The notes under the pieces are model-generated. The model saw only the letters and a list, made by a program, of their open reading frames with translations. It did not search any database and was not told the origin of the DNA. The position numbers and the translations under genes were made by a program. From an uncultured Acidobacteriota bacterium (lineage in GTDB: Bacteria > Acidobacteriota > Vicinamibacteria > Fen-336), in assembly GCA_963720545.1 (NCBI GenBank), contig OY970399.1, positions 416,001 to 480,000 of the forward strand: a stretch of DNA of 64,000 bases, read 5' to 3'. Positions 22,050-31,765 of the stretch are shown in pieces. Each line of letters opens with the position of its first letter. The stretch's first letter is position 1.

Positions 22050-22717
22050 ACGCTGACCGCGACCGGGCGGCCGTGCAGGCTGCCCGGCTGGAAGCGCTCC
22101 TCGCGCAGCGCCGTCAGCACCGGACCGGCAGCCGCGGCGTCGCCTTCGAGCAGCGTCACCTCGCTGACGCGGCCGTCGCGCGCCACCACCGTCTCGACGA
22201 ACAGCGAGCCCGGTTCGAGCGACTCGAGCACCGGCTCGGGGAACGGCTGGGTGACTATCGGCAGCGTCACCCCGGAGAGCAGCGGGAACGGGTTCGCCTC
22301 GGTGCCGGCGACGGCGCCGGCCCATCCGGTGAGCACCGGCCGCGGCAGCGGCTCGGCCCGTCGCATGTGCTCCTGCAGCAACAGCGTGGCGCCGATCGAC
22401 AGGAACATTGCCGCGGCCGCGCCCATCACGCTGCGCATCAACATCGGCCGCTCGATGCGTGCCGAGCGGAACAGCAGCGAGAGCCCCGGCCCGCGCCCCG
22501 GCAGCTCCAGGCGGTCGAGCACGCGGGCCGCGATCGACTCGCCGCTGTCCATCTGCGGCAGTCCGCGCAGCAGTGTGGAGATGGAACGCATCTGTGCGAG
22601 CGCAGCGGTGCAGGCGGCGCAGCCGGCAAGATGGTCTTCGAGGCGAGGGGCGGCCGCCGTCTCCAGCTCGCCGTCCATGTACTCGGAGAGTTGCGCGGTG
22701 AAAGGTGCGCAGTTCAT
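22007..22717 (-). CDS. zf-HC2 anti-sigma factor with TM helix and TonB-C-like C-terminal domain
   Basis: LSEYMDGEL..HLAGCAAC (HxxxCxxC); TM; VVARDGRVSEV..FQPGSLHGRPVAV. Confidence 0.75.
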   Translation of the reverse strand: MNCAPFTAQLSEYMDGELETAAAPRLEDHLAGCAACTAALAQMRSISTLLRGLPQMDSGESIAARVLDRLELPGRGPGLSLLFRSARIERPMLMRSVMGAAAAMFLSIGATLLLQEHMRRAEPLPRPVLTGWAGAVAGTEANPFPLLSGVTLPIVTQPFPEPVLESLEPGSLFVETVVARDGRVSEVTLLEGDAAAAGPVLTALREERFQPGSLHGRPVAVSVYRLFSRMDVTPLT

Positions 22718-23346
22718 GAGGTCGCTCCTTCGGGCCCGCCGAGCGCGATGCGCAACGCTTCGCGGGCGCGCGACAGCCGGCTCTTCACGGTGCCGACGGG
22801 TATGCGCAGGGCGGCGGCGATCTCGTCGCACGACAGGTCCTCGGCCTCGCGCAACAGCAGGATGGCGCGGTGCTCGAACGACACCGCGGCGAGTGCCCGC
22901 TGGATGCGCTCCTGCTGCTCGCGGCGGCTGCAGCCCGCCTCGGGCGACTGCTCCGCGGTCGTCGCCAGCAGCGCCTCGTCGCGCAGCGCCAGGTTGTCGA
23001 TCGCGACGGCGCGCGAGCGGCGCCTCCGGCCCCAGAGCCGGCGGCGGTTGGCGCACTGGTTGACGACGATCCGGTAGATCCAGGTCTTGAGGCTGCTGCG
23101 CCCCTCGAAGCGGTGCAGCGTGCTGTAGATCTGCAGGAACACGTCCTGCGCCATGTCGCGCGCCTCTTCCGGGTCGCCGAGGAGCCGCGCCGCGAGGTTG
23201 AAGACCATGCGTTCGTGCAGGGCGACGAGACGGGCGAAGGCTTCGGGATCGCCGTTGCGGCAGCCGACCACCAGGTCCCGCTCGCCCGCTCGTCCGCGGG
23301 TCTGGCCATCGACTGCTTCGGCGGCCTTCAGGACCAGTTCGCTCAT
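22714..23346 (-). CDS. ECF RNA polymerase sigma factor
   Basis: DMAQDVF, SSLKTWIYRI, EIAAALRIPVGTVKSRLSRAR. Confidence 0.93.
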   Translation of the reverse strand: MSELVLKAAEAVDGQTRGRAGERDLVVGCRNGDPEAFARLVALHERMVFNLAARLLGDPEEARDMAQDVFLQIYSTLHRFEGRSSLKTWIYRIVVNQCANRRRLWGRRRRSRAVAIDNLALRDEALLATTAEQSPEAGCSRREQQERIQRALAAVSFEHRAILLLREAEDLSCDEIAAALRIPVGTVKSRLSRAREALRIALGGPEGATS

Positions 23347-23370
23347 TGGCTGAACCTGCTTGTCAGGACC

Positions 23371-23398
23371 TTGGACACCGCCACTGCCCGGCAGTTCC
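23371..23398 (-). promoter_or_regulatory. Candidate ECF (sigmaE-like) autoregulatory promoter
   Basis: GGAACT-N16-GTCCAA ending 24 nt upstream of the sigma ATG. Confidence 0.6.
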
Positions 23399-23409
23399 CC
23401 CTGCCTCGA

Positions 23410-24975
23410 TCATACGGCCGGCGCGGCCCCTCCGCCACGGCGAGCGTGGATGGCGGCGGCAGCCGTCAGCGCCGCCCCGGCCGCAAGCACCGCCAGGCCT
23501 CCCAGCGTCAGCCAGGCGTTGACGGTGGCCGGTTGCAGGATGGCAAGGAGCTGCGCCGGCAGATGGAATCCCCTGCCCGTGCGCATGCTGCGAATGCCGT
23601 CGAGGACAGCGGTGGTGAAGACGGCAGACGCCAGTGTGACGAGGCCCACAAGGGCGGCGCGCGCAGCGAGACCAGCGCCCGACAGCGGCGGTTTGCGCGA
23701 CGGCGCCGCCACGCTGAACTGCGGGTCGCGTTCACCCCACGGCACGAAGCGCGACAGCATGTAGAGACCCGGCAGGCCGAACGCCATGGTGCTGAGGAAG
23801 AAGTCGCGCCAGCCCATCGCGTCGGCCATCAGGCCCGCGGGCGGGCCGGCGAGGATCCGCGGAATCGTGAACAGGCTGGAGAGGAGCGCGTACTGGGTGG
23901 CGGAGAACCTCTTCTGTGTGAGGCGCAACAGCAGCACGCCGAAGGCGCCGGAGCCGAGGCCGGTGGTGCCGAGCTCGAAGGCGAGCGCCGAATACATCAG
24001 CGGCCGGTTGATGCCGTAGGCGGCGACCAGGGCATAGCCGACGTTCGAGACGATCTGCAGGAAGCCGAACACCCACAGCGCGCGCCCGAGGCCCATGGTG
24101 CCGGTGAGTACGCCGCCCAGGAACCCGCCCGCGATCACCGCTGCGGTGGTGACGGTGGCCGTCGCGATGCCGACGTCGACGGCGTTGTAGCCCATCTGGA
24201 TGAGGAACGGCCGCGTCAGCGCCTGGGTCAGGTTGTCACTCAGCTTGTAGAGCACCACGAAGGCGAGGATCTCGAGCGCGCGGTGCTGCTGCATGAAGCC
24301 GAGGAACGGTTCCCACACCGCCTCGCGCAGGGTCGGCGGCGCCTTCGGCACGTCGGCGGGCTCGGGCGCCGTCCAGGTGATGTAGAGGAGCGGCAGGTTG
24401 CTGAAGGCAAACAAGGCGAACACCGCCGGCCACGACCACCAGGCGGCGAGCGTGATGGTGGCGCCGCCCGACAGGATCATCGCGCCGCGGTACAGGGCGA
24501 GGCGCGCGCCGGCCGCGGCGCCATGTTCGTCGGGGTGCAGCACGTCCACCGCATACGCGTCGTAGGCGATGTCGTGGGTCGCCGAGACGAACGCGATCGC
24601 CAGGCACACGAGGCCGATCGTCACCAGGCGCTCGGGATGGTACGCCGCCAGCGCCAGCACCAGGCCGAGGGCGAAGAGCGCGAGCTGGCTGAGCAGGATG
24701 TAGCCGCGCCGCCGGCCGAGGAACGGCGGCGAGTGGCGGTCCATGAGCGGCGCCCACAGCAGCTTGAAGCTCCACGGCGCCTGCGCGAGCGTGAACAGGC
24801 CGATGACGCCGATGTTGACGCCGCCCTGCGCGAGCCATGCCGGCACCGTGATCCAGACGATGCCGAGCGGCAGGCCGGAAGAGAAGGACAGAAGCGCTAC
24901 CGAAAGCAGGCGCCGGCTCTTGAAAATCGCCGCGAGGCTCTGCCACGTCGTGAGCTTCGGCGCGGCGGCGGGCAT
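23410..24975 (-). CDS. ampG: AmpG-family muropeptide MFS permease
   Basis: FSSGLP, PWSFKLLWAPLMD, GRRRG, SATHDIAYDAY, SATQYALLSSL. Confidence 0.88.
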   Translation of the reverse strand: MPAAAPKLTTWQSLAAIFKSRRLLSVALLSFSSGLPLGIVWITVPAWLAQGGVNIGVIGLFTLAQAPWSFKLLWAPLMDRHSPPFLGRRRGYILLSQLALFALGLVLALAAYHPERLVTIGLVCLAIAFVSATHDIAYDAYAVDVLHPDEHGAAAGARLALYRGAMILSGGATITLAAWWSWPAVFALFAFSNLPLLYITWTAPEPADVPKAPPTLREAVWEPFLGFMQQHRALEILAFVVLYKLSDNLTQALTRPFLIQMGYNAVDVGIATATVTTAAVIAGGFLGGVLTGTMGLGRALWVFGFLQIVSNVGYALVAAYGINRPLMYSALAFELGTTGLGSGAFGVLLLRLTQKRFSATQYALLSSLFTIPRILAGPPAGLMADAMGWRDFFLSTMAFGLPGLYMLSRFVPWGERDPQFSVAAPSRKPPLSGAGLAARAALVGLVTLASAVFTTAVLDGIRSMRTGRGFHLPAQLLAILQPATVNAWLTLGGLAVLAAGAALTAAAAIHARRGGGAAPAV

Positions 24976-25006
24976 GTCGGGCGATTGTACCGTTATGATC
25001 CACGGC

Positions 25007-26011
25007 ATGAACGCAACTGCACGACTGTTCGCTTCGGGCCTGATCGCCGTCTCGCTCGCCGCAGCGCCGTGCCGCGCGGCCGAAGGCGTGCCGCTCGACG
25101 CTCTCACCACCGAACTCACGCGCATCGCCGCGACCAGCGGCGGCAAGCTCGGCGTCACCGCGGTGCACCTCGAGAGCGGCCGGCGCGTGTCGGTGCTCGG
25201 CGACGAGGGCTTCCCCATGGCGAGCACCTTCAAGGTGCCGGTGGCGGTCAAGCTGCTCGACCGTGTGGACCACGGCGAGCTGAAGCTCGACACGATGGTG
25301 GAACTGTCCGCCGCGGACCTGCATCCGGGCAGCGGCACGCTCCTCGACCTGTTCAACAAGCCCGGCGTGAGCTTGTCGGTGCGCAACCTGCTCGAGCTGA
25401 TGATGCTGATCAGCGACAACTCCGCGACCGACGTCTGCATGCGGCTTGCCGGCGGCCCGCAGGCGGTCACCACCCACTTGCAGAAACTCGGCGTCTCCGG
25501 CATCCGCGTCGATCGGCCGACGATCGACCTGATCGCCGACTGGGCCGGCGTCGCCAAGTGGCCGGCGGCCGACGATTGGTCGCCGGAGTCGCTGGACAAG
25601 ACCTTTGCTGCGATCGACGCCGAGGCCGGCAAGAAGGCGGCGGCTGCGTTCGACACGGACCCGCGCGATACCGCGACGCCGAACGGCATGGCGGCGCTGC
25701 TCAACAAGATCGCGAAGGGCGAGGCGCTCTCGCCCGCCTCGACGGCGCTCGTCCTCGACATCATGGCGCGCTGCAAGACCGGCGAGGCGCGCCTGCGCGG
25801 GCTGTTGCCCGCGGGCACGCCGGTGGCACACAAGACCGGCACCATCGGCGGGACCACCAACGACGTCGGCATCGTCACGCTGCCCGGCACAGCCGGCCGC
25901 GTGATCGTCGCCGCGTTCGTCAAGGCGTCGGACAAGGACGTCGCGGTGCGCGAGCGCGCCATCGCCGAGGTGGCGCGCGCGATCCACGACTACTTCCTGT
26001 TCGTGCGCTGA
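25007..26011 (+). CDS. Class A beta-lactamase-like serine hydrolase
   Basis: Signal peptide, FPMASTFK (SxxK), SDN, HKTG, PRDTATP; alternative ATG at 24995. Confidence 0.85.
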   Translation: MNATARLFASGLIAVSLAAAPCRAAEGVPLDALTTELTRIAATSGGKLGVTAVHLESGRRVSVLGDEGFPMASTFKVPVAVKLLDRVDHGELKLDTMVELSAADLHPGSGTLLDLFNKPGVSLSVRNLLELMMLISDNSATDVCMRLAGGPQAVTTHLQKLGVSGIRVDRPTIDLIADWAGVAKWPAADDWSPESLDKTFAAIDAEAGKKAAAAFDTDPRDTATPNGMAALLNKIAKGEALSPASTALVLDIMARCKTGEARLRGLLPAGTPVAHKTGTIGGTTNDVGIVTLPGTAGRVIVAAFVKASDKDVAVRERAIAEVARAIHDYFLFVR

Positions 26012-26013
26012 CG

Positions 26014-27192
26014 GTGCTGCGCTACCTGACCGCCGGCGAGAGCCACGGCCCGGCGCTGACGGTCACGATCGACGGGCTGCCCGCCGGCGTGCCGCTGCTG
26101 CGCGGCAGCATCGACTCCGACCTGCGCCGCCGCCAGGGCGGGTACGGCCGCGGCGGCCGCATGCAGATCGAGAAGGACGCGGTCGAGATCCTCGGCGGCA
26201 TCCGCCACGGCCGCACGCTGGGCAGCCCGGTGTCGCTGCTGGTGCGCAATGCCGACCATGCGAACTGGAGCGACATCATGTCGCCCGATCCGCAGGGGCC
26301 GGAGGCGGTGGCGCGGCGCGCGCTGAAGCGGCCGCGCCCCGGCCACGCCGACCTCGCCGGCGGCCTGAAATACGCGACCACCGACCTGCGCGACATCATC
26401 GAGCGCTCGAGCGCGCGCGAGACCGCGGCGCGGGTCGCGGCCGGCGCCGTCGCGCGGGCGCTGCTGCAGGCGTTCAACATCGAGGTGCGCAGCCACGTGG
26501 TCCGCATCGGCGCGGCCGAGCTGCGCAAGGGCGCCGTCGCCTGGCACGACCTCGACACGGTTGAGGAGAGTCCGGTGCGTTGCATCGACGCGGCGGACGG
26601 CGCGCGCATGATCGAGCAGATCGACGCCGCCAAGGCCGCGGGCGACAGCGTCGGCGGCACGTTCGAGGTGCTGGCGCACGGCGTGCCTGCGGGGCTGGGC
26701 GCGTTCGCCCAGTGGGACCGGCGCCTCGACGGGCGCATCGGGCAGGCGCTGATGTCGATACCGGCGGTGAAGGCGGTGGCCATCGGCGACGGCCTGCGCG
26801 CCGACCGCACGCCCGGTTCGCGCTTCCACGACGAGATCCTGCCCGGCGGCGACGCGGGCACACGTCCCACCAACAATGCCGGCGGCCTCGAGGGCGGCAT
26901 CAGCAACGGTCAGCTGCTGCGCGCCACCGCCATCGTCAAACCGATCCCGACGCTGCTGATGCCGCTGCGCTCGGTGGACTGGGCCACTGGCGAACCGGCG
27001 CAGGCCTCGATCGAACGCAGCGACACCTGCGTGGTGCCGGCGGCCGGCGTGGTCGGCGAGGCGGCGCTGTGCCTGGTGCTTGCCGATGCCCTGCTCGAGA
27101 AGCTGGGCGGCGACTCGCTCGCCGAGATGAAGCTGCATGCCGCGTCGTGGGCGGGGCACGCGTCGCTGCCGCTCGCGCGGCGCACGGACTGA
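26014..27192 (+). CDS. aroC: Chorismate synthase
   Basis: TAGESHG, RRQGGYGRG, RPGHAD, ERSSARETA, NNAGGLEGGISNG, ERSD. Confidence 0.97.
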   Translation: MLRYLTAGESHGPALTVTIDGLPAGVPLLRGSIDSDLRRRQGGYGRGGRMQIEKDAVEILGGIRHGRTLGSPVSLLVRNADHANWSDIMSPDPQGPEAVARRALKRPRPGHADLAGGLKYATTDLRDIIERSSARETAARVAAGAVARALLQAFNIEVRSHVVRIGAAELRKGAVAWHDLDTVEESPVRCIDAADGARMIEQIDAAKAAGDSVGGTFEVLAHGVPAGLGAFAQWDRRLDGRIGQALMSIPAVKAVAIGDGLRADRTPGSRFHDEILPGGDAGTRPTNNAGGLEGGISNGQLLRATAIVKPIPTLLMPLRSVDWATGEPAQASIERSDTCVVPAAGVVGEAALCLVLADALLEKLGGDSLAEMKLHAASWAGHASLPLARRTD

Positions 27193-27198
27193 AGCACG

Positions 27199-27714
27199 AT
27201 GCCGCGGCGTGCCATCGTCAAGTACGGCGCTGCGGTCCTGCACACCCCTGCGGCCGCGGTGGCGGAGATCGACGCTTCGCTGCGGACCCTGGTGGACGAC
27301 ATGGTGGCGACGATGTACGCGGCGCCGGGCATCGGTCTGGCCGCGCCGCAGGTCGGCGTGGCGCTGCGCGTGATCGTCATCGACTTGTCGGTGGGCGCCG
27401 AGCGGGACCGCCTGATCAAGCTGGTGAACCCCGTGTTCGACGAGCAGGAGGGCGAGCAGTGCCTCGAAGAGGGCTGTCTCTCCGTCCCCGGGTTCGACGG
27501 TTCGCCGGTGCGGCCGGCGCGAGTCGTGGTGAGCGGCATCGACCCCGACACCGACAAGACGCGCAGCTACGAAGGCACCGGCCTCCTGGCGCGCGCCTTC
27601 TGCCACGAGATCGACCACATCGACGGCCTGGTTTTCGTCGACCGGCTGACGCCGTTCAAGCGCGACCTGATGAAGCGCAAGCTGCGCAAGAAGGTTCGCG
27701 CGGGCTGGGACTGA
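27199..27714 (+). CDS. def: Peptide deformylase
   Basis: GIGLAAPQVG, EGCLSVP, HEIDH. Confidence 0.97.
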   Translation: MPRRAIVKYGAAVLHTPAAAVAEIDASLRTLVDDMVATMYAAPGIGLAAPQVGVALRVIVIDLSVGAERDRLIKLVNPVFDEQEGEQCLEEGCLSVPGFDGSPVRPARVVVSGIDPDTDKTRSYEGTGLLARAFCHEIDHIDGLVFVDRLTPFKRDLMKRKLRKKVRAGWD

Positions 27715-27715
27715 C

Positions 27716-28657
27716 GTGCGCATCGTCTTTTTCGGCAGCGGGGAGTTCGCGATCCCGTCGCTTGCAGCGCTTCTGAGGCGTGGCCACGAGCTGCCGCTGG
27801 TGGTGACGCAGCCCGACCGCGAGCGCGGCCGCGGCCGCGAGCTGGCGCCGCCGCCGGTCAAGGTGGCGGCGCAGCACCTTTCCCTGCGCGTCTTCCAGCC
27901 GCGCCGGGTGCGCGCCCCCGAAGCGCAGGAGGAACTGCGCAAGGCGGCACCCGACCTCCAGGTGGTGGCGGCGTACGGCCAGATCCTGCCGCAGGCGGTC
28001 ATCGACATCGCAGCGCTCGGCACCGTGAACGTGCACGCGTCGCTCCTGCCCCGCTACCGCGGCGCGGCCCCGATCCAGTGGGCGATCGCCGACGGCGAGG
28101 CGCAGACGGGCGTCACTACGATGATGATCGACGCCGGCCTCGACACCGGCGGCCTGCTGGGCTCGCGCGCCACCGCCATCGCTCCGGACGAGACGAGCCC
28201 GCAGCTCCAGGAGCGGCTGGCGGCGCTCGGCGCGCAGCTGCTGCTGGAGACGGTCGACGCGCTCGCGGCCGGCACGCTGCGCGCCGTGCCGCAGGACGAG
28301 GCGCTCGCGAGCCACGCGCGCATCCTGGTGAAGGACGACGGGCGGGTCGAATGGTCGTGGCCCGCCGCGAGGATCGCGAACCGGGTGCGCGCCTTCGATC
28401 CGTGGCCGGGCGTTTTCACGACGTTCGCCGGCAAGGGCGTGCGGCTGCACCGCGTGCGCGTCGCCGCCGGCGCAACCGGCGACCGTGCAGCACCCGGCAC
28501 CGTGCTGCAGGTGGACGACGCCGGCGTCACCGTCGCATGCGGCGGCGATACCGCGCTCGTGATTCTGGAAGCGCAGCCCGAGAGCCGACGGACGATGCCG
28601 GCAGCGGCGTTCGCGGCCGGCGCCCGCCTCGCCGCCGGCAGCCGGTTCGGCGCATGA
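27716..28657 (+). CDS. fmt: Methionyl-tRNA formyltransferase
   Basis: VVTQPDR, VAAYGQIL, NVHASLLPRYRGAAPI, LDTG. Confidence 0.97.
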   Translation: MRIVFFGSGEFAIPSLAALLRRGHELPLVVTQPDRERGRGRELAPPPVKVAAQHLSLRVFQPRRVRAPEAQEELRKAAPDLQVVAAYGQILPQAVIDIAALGTVNVHASLLPRYRGAAPIQWAIADGEAQTGVTTMMIDAGLDTGGLLGSRATAIAPDETSPQLQERLAALGAQLLLETVDALAAGTLRAVPQDEALASHARILVKDDGRVEWSWPAARIANRVRAFDPWPGVFTTFAGKGVRLHRVRVAAGATGDRAAPGTVLQVDDAGVTVACGGDTALVILEAQPESRRTMPAAAFAAGARLAAGSRFGA

Positions 28658-29955
28658 GCGGCGCCTCGCCCGCGCGCCGCGCCGCCGCGCGCATCATCCA
28701 CGAGACGGTGCGCGGCGGCGTCACGCTCGCCGAGCGCATGGCGCACGGCGAGGCGGCGTCGCTCGACACGCGCGAGCGCGACTTCCTGCAGGAACTCGTC
28801 TACGGCACCTTGCGCCGCCGCGGCGCCCTCGATGCCGCGCTGCGCCGCTGCATCGACCGCGAGCTTTCCGAAGTGGACCCGGCGCTCCTCGACGTGCTGC
28901 GCCTCGGCGCCTACCAGATCCTGCACACGCGCGTGCCGCACCGCGCCGCCGTCTTCGAGTCGGTGGCGCTCGCCCGCGAGGTGGCGCCGCGCGGTGCCGG
29001 CTTCGCGAACGCGGTGCTGCGACGGCTCGCGGCGGAGCCCCCGCCGGCGCCACACGCTCCGCTCGACGATCCGTTGTCATGGCTCACAGGCGAAGGTTCG
29101 CTGCCGCCGTGGCTCGCGCAACGCTGGCTGCAGGAGCTCGGCGCGGAAGATGCCGTCGCGCGCGCGCGCGTGTTCCTCGAACCTTCGCCCACGTATTTGC
29201 GCCTCAACCCGCGGCTGCCGGAGGCGGCCGACGCGGTGAGCGCTGCCGGCGTCTTGCTGCAAGCCGGTGAGGTTCCCGGCTCGTTCGTGGTCACCGCCGG
29301 CCGCACGCAGGATCTGGCTGCAGCCGGCGTCGTCTATGTCCAGGACGAAGGCTCGCAGCTCGTCGCGCACATCGCGCAGAGCGAGGACGGCGCCATTCTC
29401 GACGCCTGCGCCGCACCCGGCGGCAAGGCGACGCTGCTGGCCGACCTCGGCGCGCACGCGCGCATCACCGCGCTCGAGCCCTCCTTGAAGCGGCTCGCGG
29501 TGCTGCAGCGGACCGTGCAGCGCTGGGGTGCCGGCGCCAGCATCGCCGTGCTTGGCGGCGACGCGCTGCGCCTGCCGCTGCGCACGGCGTTCGACGTGGT
29601 GCTGCTCGATGCGCCGTGCACCGGCCTCGGCACCATCGCGCGCCGCCCCGACCTGCGCTGGCGGGTGACGCAAGCCGACGTCGACCGCCATGCCGCGAGC
29701 CAACGCCGGATGCTCGCGGCGGTCTCGGCCGTGGTCAAGCCCGGCGGCCGGCTCGTCTATTCCACCTGCTCGCTCGAGCCGGACGAGACGAGCGACGTGG
29801 TCAAGGCGTTTCTCGCGAGCGGCGCACCGTTCGCGTTGACGCCACCGCAGCACGTTCCGCAGAGGTTGCGAGGCACCGAGCCCTGGCTGCGCCTGTTGCC
29901 CGAACGGCGCGGCGGCGACGGCTTTTTCGTCGCCTCGTTCACGCGCCAGGGCTAG
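28654..29955 (+). CDS. rsmB: 16S rRNA m5C967 methyltransferase (Sun/RsmB)
   Basis: NusB-like N-terminal domain, QDEGSQ, DACAAPGGK, DAPCTGLG, YSTCS. Confidence 0.92.
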   Translation: MSGASPARRAAARIIHETVRGGVTLAERMAHGEAASLDTRERDFLQELVYGTLRRRGALDAALRRCIDRELSEVDPALLDVLRLGAYQILHTRVPHRAAVFESVALAREVAPRGAGFANAVLRRLAAEPPPAPHAPLDDPLSWLTGEGSLPPWLAQRWLQELGAEDAVARARVFLEPSPTYLRLNPRLPEAADAVSAAGVLLQAGEVPGSFVVTAGRTQDLAAAGVVYVQDEGSQLVAHIAQSEDGAILDACAAPGGKATLLADLGAHARITALEPSLKRLAVLQRTVQRWGAGASIAVLGGDALRLPLRTAFDVVLLDAPCTGLGTIARRPDLRWRVTQADVDRHAASQRRMLAAVSAVVKPGGRLVYSTCSLEPDETSDVVKAFLASGAPFALTPPQHVPQRLRGTEPWLRLLPERRGGDGFFVASFTRQG

Positions 29956-29985
29956 GGCGGACCTCGTGTTACCCTCACTTTCGCG

Positions 29986-30708
29986 ATGCAAATGAGCTGG
30001 CGTCAGCGCACAGGAATCGGCGCAGCCGTGCTGTTCGTGGCACTGGCGAGCGCGGCCCTCACGGCCCGCATGCTGCTGCGCTCGCGCAGCGTGTCGGCGC
30101 CGGAACTCGTGGGCAGCCGCCCGGTCGAGGCGTACGCTGCCGCCAGCCGGCTCGGCCTCAGCCTGATCGTCGCGTCGCGGCGCCACGACGACGCCGTTCC
30201 CGAAGGCCGCATCGCCTCGCAGGAGCCGGCGGCCGGCGCGCCCATCAAGACCTCGCGCTCGGTGCGCGTGGTGGTGAGCCTCGGGCCGGCGCGGGTCAAC
30301 GTGCCGCCAGTGACCGGACGCTCGCTGCGCGAGGCGCGGCTGCTGCTGGAGCACGCCGGGCTGGGCTCGTTTCGTGTGGTGACGACGGAAGACACCACCC
30401 CGGCAGAGACCGTCGTCATGCAGGAACCGCCGGCCGGCGACGCGCCGATGACGCAATCGATGGCGGTGACGCTGCTCGTCAGCCGCGGACCCGCGTCGGC
30501 CGACTACATCATGCCCGACCTCATCAGCCGCCCCGCCGCGGCGACGCTCCTGGCGCTGCAGCAGGCCGGACTGCGGGTCGCCGACGTGCAGTACCGCAGC
30601 TATCCCGGCGCCCCGGCCGGGGTGATCCTGAAGCAGACGCCGCTCGCCGGCTTCCGCGTCACGCCGCGGACCATCGTGGCGGTCGAGGTCAGCGGCTCGC
30701 CCTCGTGA
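29986..30708 (+). CDS. Membrane-anchored stand-alone PASTA domain protein (three repeats)
   Basis: N-terminal TM; APELVG/VPPVTG/MPDLIS repeats each followed by Q.P.AG and VS.G. Confidence 0.85.
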   Translation: MQMSWRQRTGIGAAVLFVALASAALTARMLLRSRSVSAPELVGSRPVEAYAAASRLGLSLIVASRRHDDAVPEGRIASQEPAAGAPIKTSRSVRVVVSLGPARVNVPPVTGRSLREARLLLEHAGLGSFRVVTTEDTTPAETVVMQEPPAGDAPMTQSMAVTLLVSRGPASADYIMPDLISRPAAATLLALQQAGLRVADVQYRSYPGAPAGVILKQTPLAGFRVTPRTIVAVEVSGSPS

Positions 30709-31355
30709 TCCTCGCTCCGTCGATACTCGCCGCCGACTTCGCGCGCCTCGGCGAACACGTGGCACAAGCCGCGGCCGGCGGCGCAGCGCTCATCCATGCC
30801 GACGTCATGGACGGCCACTTCGTCCCGAACCTCACGCTCGGGCCGGCGACGGTCAAGGCGCTGCGGCGCACCAGCCCGCTGCCCATCGACGTGCACATGA
30901 TGGTGGCGCGGCCCGACGACTTCATCGCCGCGTTCGCCGACGCCGGCGGCAGCCTGATGAGCGTGCACGTCGAGGCGGTGGCACACCTCCACCGCACGCT
31001 CGAGCGGATCCGCGCCGCCGGCATGCGCCCCGGCGTCGCCGTCAATCCGGCAACCCCGCTCACCGCCATCGACGACGCGCTGCCGCTCGTCGACTACGTC
31101 GTCATCATGTCGGTGAACCCCGGTTTCGGCGGCCAGCGCTTCATCGCGTCCGCCCTCGACAAGGTGCGCCGGCTGAAGATGACGCTGGTCGAGCGCCGCC
31201 TCGCTGCGCAGGTCGAGATCGACGGCGGCATCGACCTCGGCAACATCCGCGACGCGGTTGCGGCCGGTGTGGACATGGTGGTCGCCGGCACCTCGGTATT
31301 CGGGGCCAAGGATCCCGCGGCCGCGGCGCGCGAGCTGATCGCAGCCTGCGCATGA
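30705..31355 (+). CDS. rpe: Ribulose-phosphate 3-epimerase
   Basis: APSILAADF, HADVMDGHFVPN, MSVNPGFGGQ, IDGG. Confidence 0.97.
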   Translation: MILAPSILAADFARLGEHVAQAAAGGAALIHADVMDGHFVPNLTLGPATVKALRRTSPLPIDVHMMVARPDDFIAAFADAGGSLMSVHVEAVAHLHRTLERIRAAGMRPGVAVNPATPLTAIDDALPLVDYVVIMSVNPGFGGQRFIASALDKVRRLKMTLVERRLAAQVEIDGGIDLGNIRDAVAAGVDMVVAGTSVFGAKDPAAAARELIAACA

Positions 31356-31765
31356 GCGCCGCTGCGGTCGCGAGCCTGCGGGTCCGCTACGCCGAGACCG
31401 ACCAGATGGGCATCGCCTGGCACGGCAACTACTTCGCCTGGTTCGAGGTGGGGCGCACCGACCTGCTGCGCGGCCGCGGCCAGACGTACCGCGAGCTCGA
31501 GAGCCGCGGCCTGCGCCTGCCGGTCATCGAGGCCGAGGCGCGCTTCGTCCGCCCGGCGCTCTACGACGACGTCCTGGAGATCCACACGCGCGTGGCCATC
31601 CTGACCGGCGCTCGCATCGGCTTCGCCTACGAGGTGCGCCGCGCCGGCGAAGCCGCGTGCCTCGCCACCGGCCGCACGCTGCATGCGGTCGTTGCCGCGA
31701 ATGGCCGGCCGACACGCATCCCCGCCGAAATCACCAACGCCCTGCAACTGGAGACAGCGACGTGA
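31352..31765 (+). CDS. Acyl-CoA thioesterase (YbgC/4HBT family)
   Basis: RVRYAETDQMGIAWHGNYFAWFEVGR, PALYDD. Confidence 0.9.
   Translation: MSAAAVASLRVRYAETDQMGIAWHGNYFAWFEVGRTDLLRGRGQTYRELESRGLRLPVIEAEARFVRPALYDDVLEIHTRVAILTGARIGFAYEVRRAGEAACLATGRTLHAVVAANGRPTRIPAEITNALQLETAT

Noticed and set aside
23410..25962. 850-aa AmpG with long N-terminal extension
   Set aside because: The extension is the antisense of the lactamase gene; AmpG motifs start at ATG 24975
22870..27192. 1440-aa ORF suggesting a giant AroC fusion
   Set aside because: Only the last 392 aa are AroC; the rest is a stop-poor shadow frame over sigma, ampG and the lactamase
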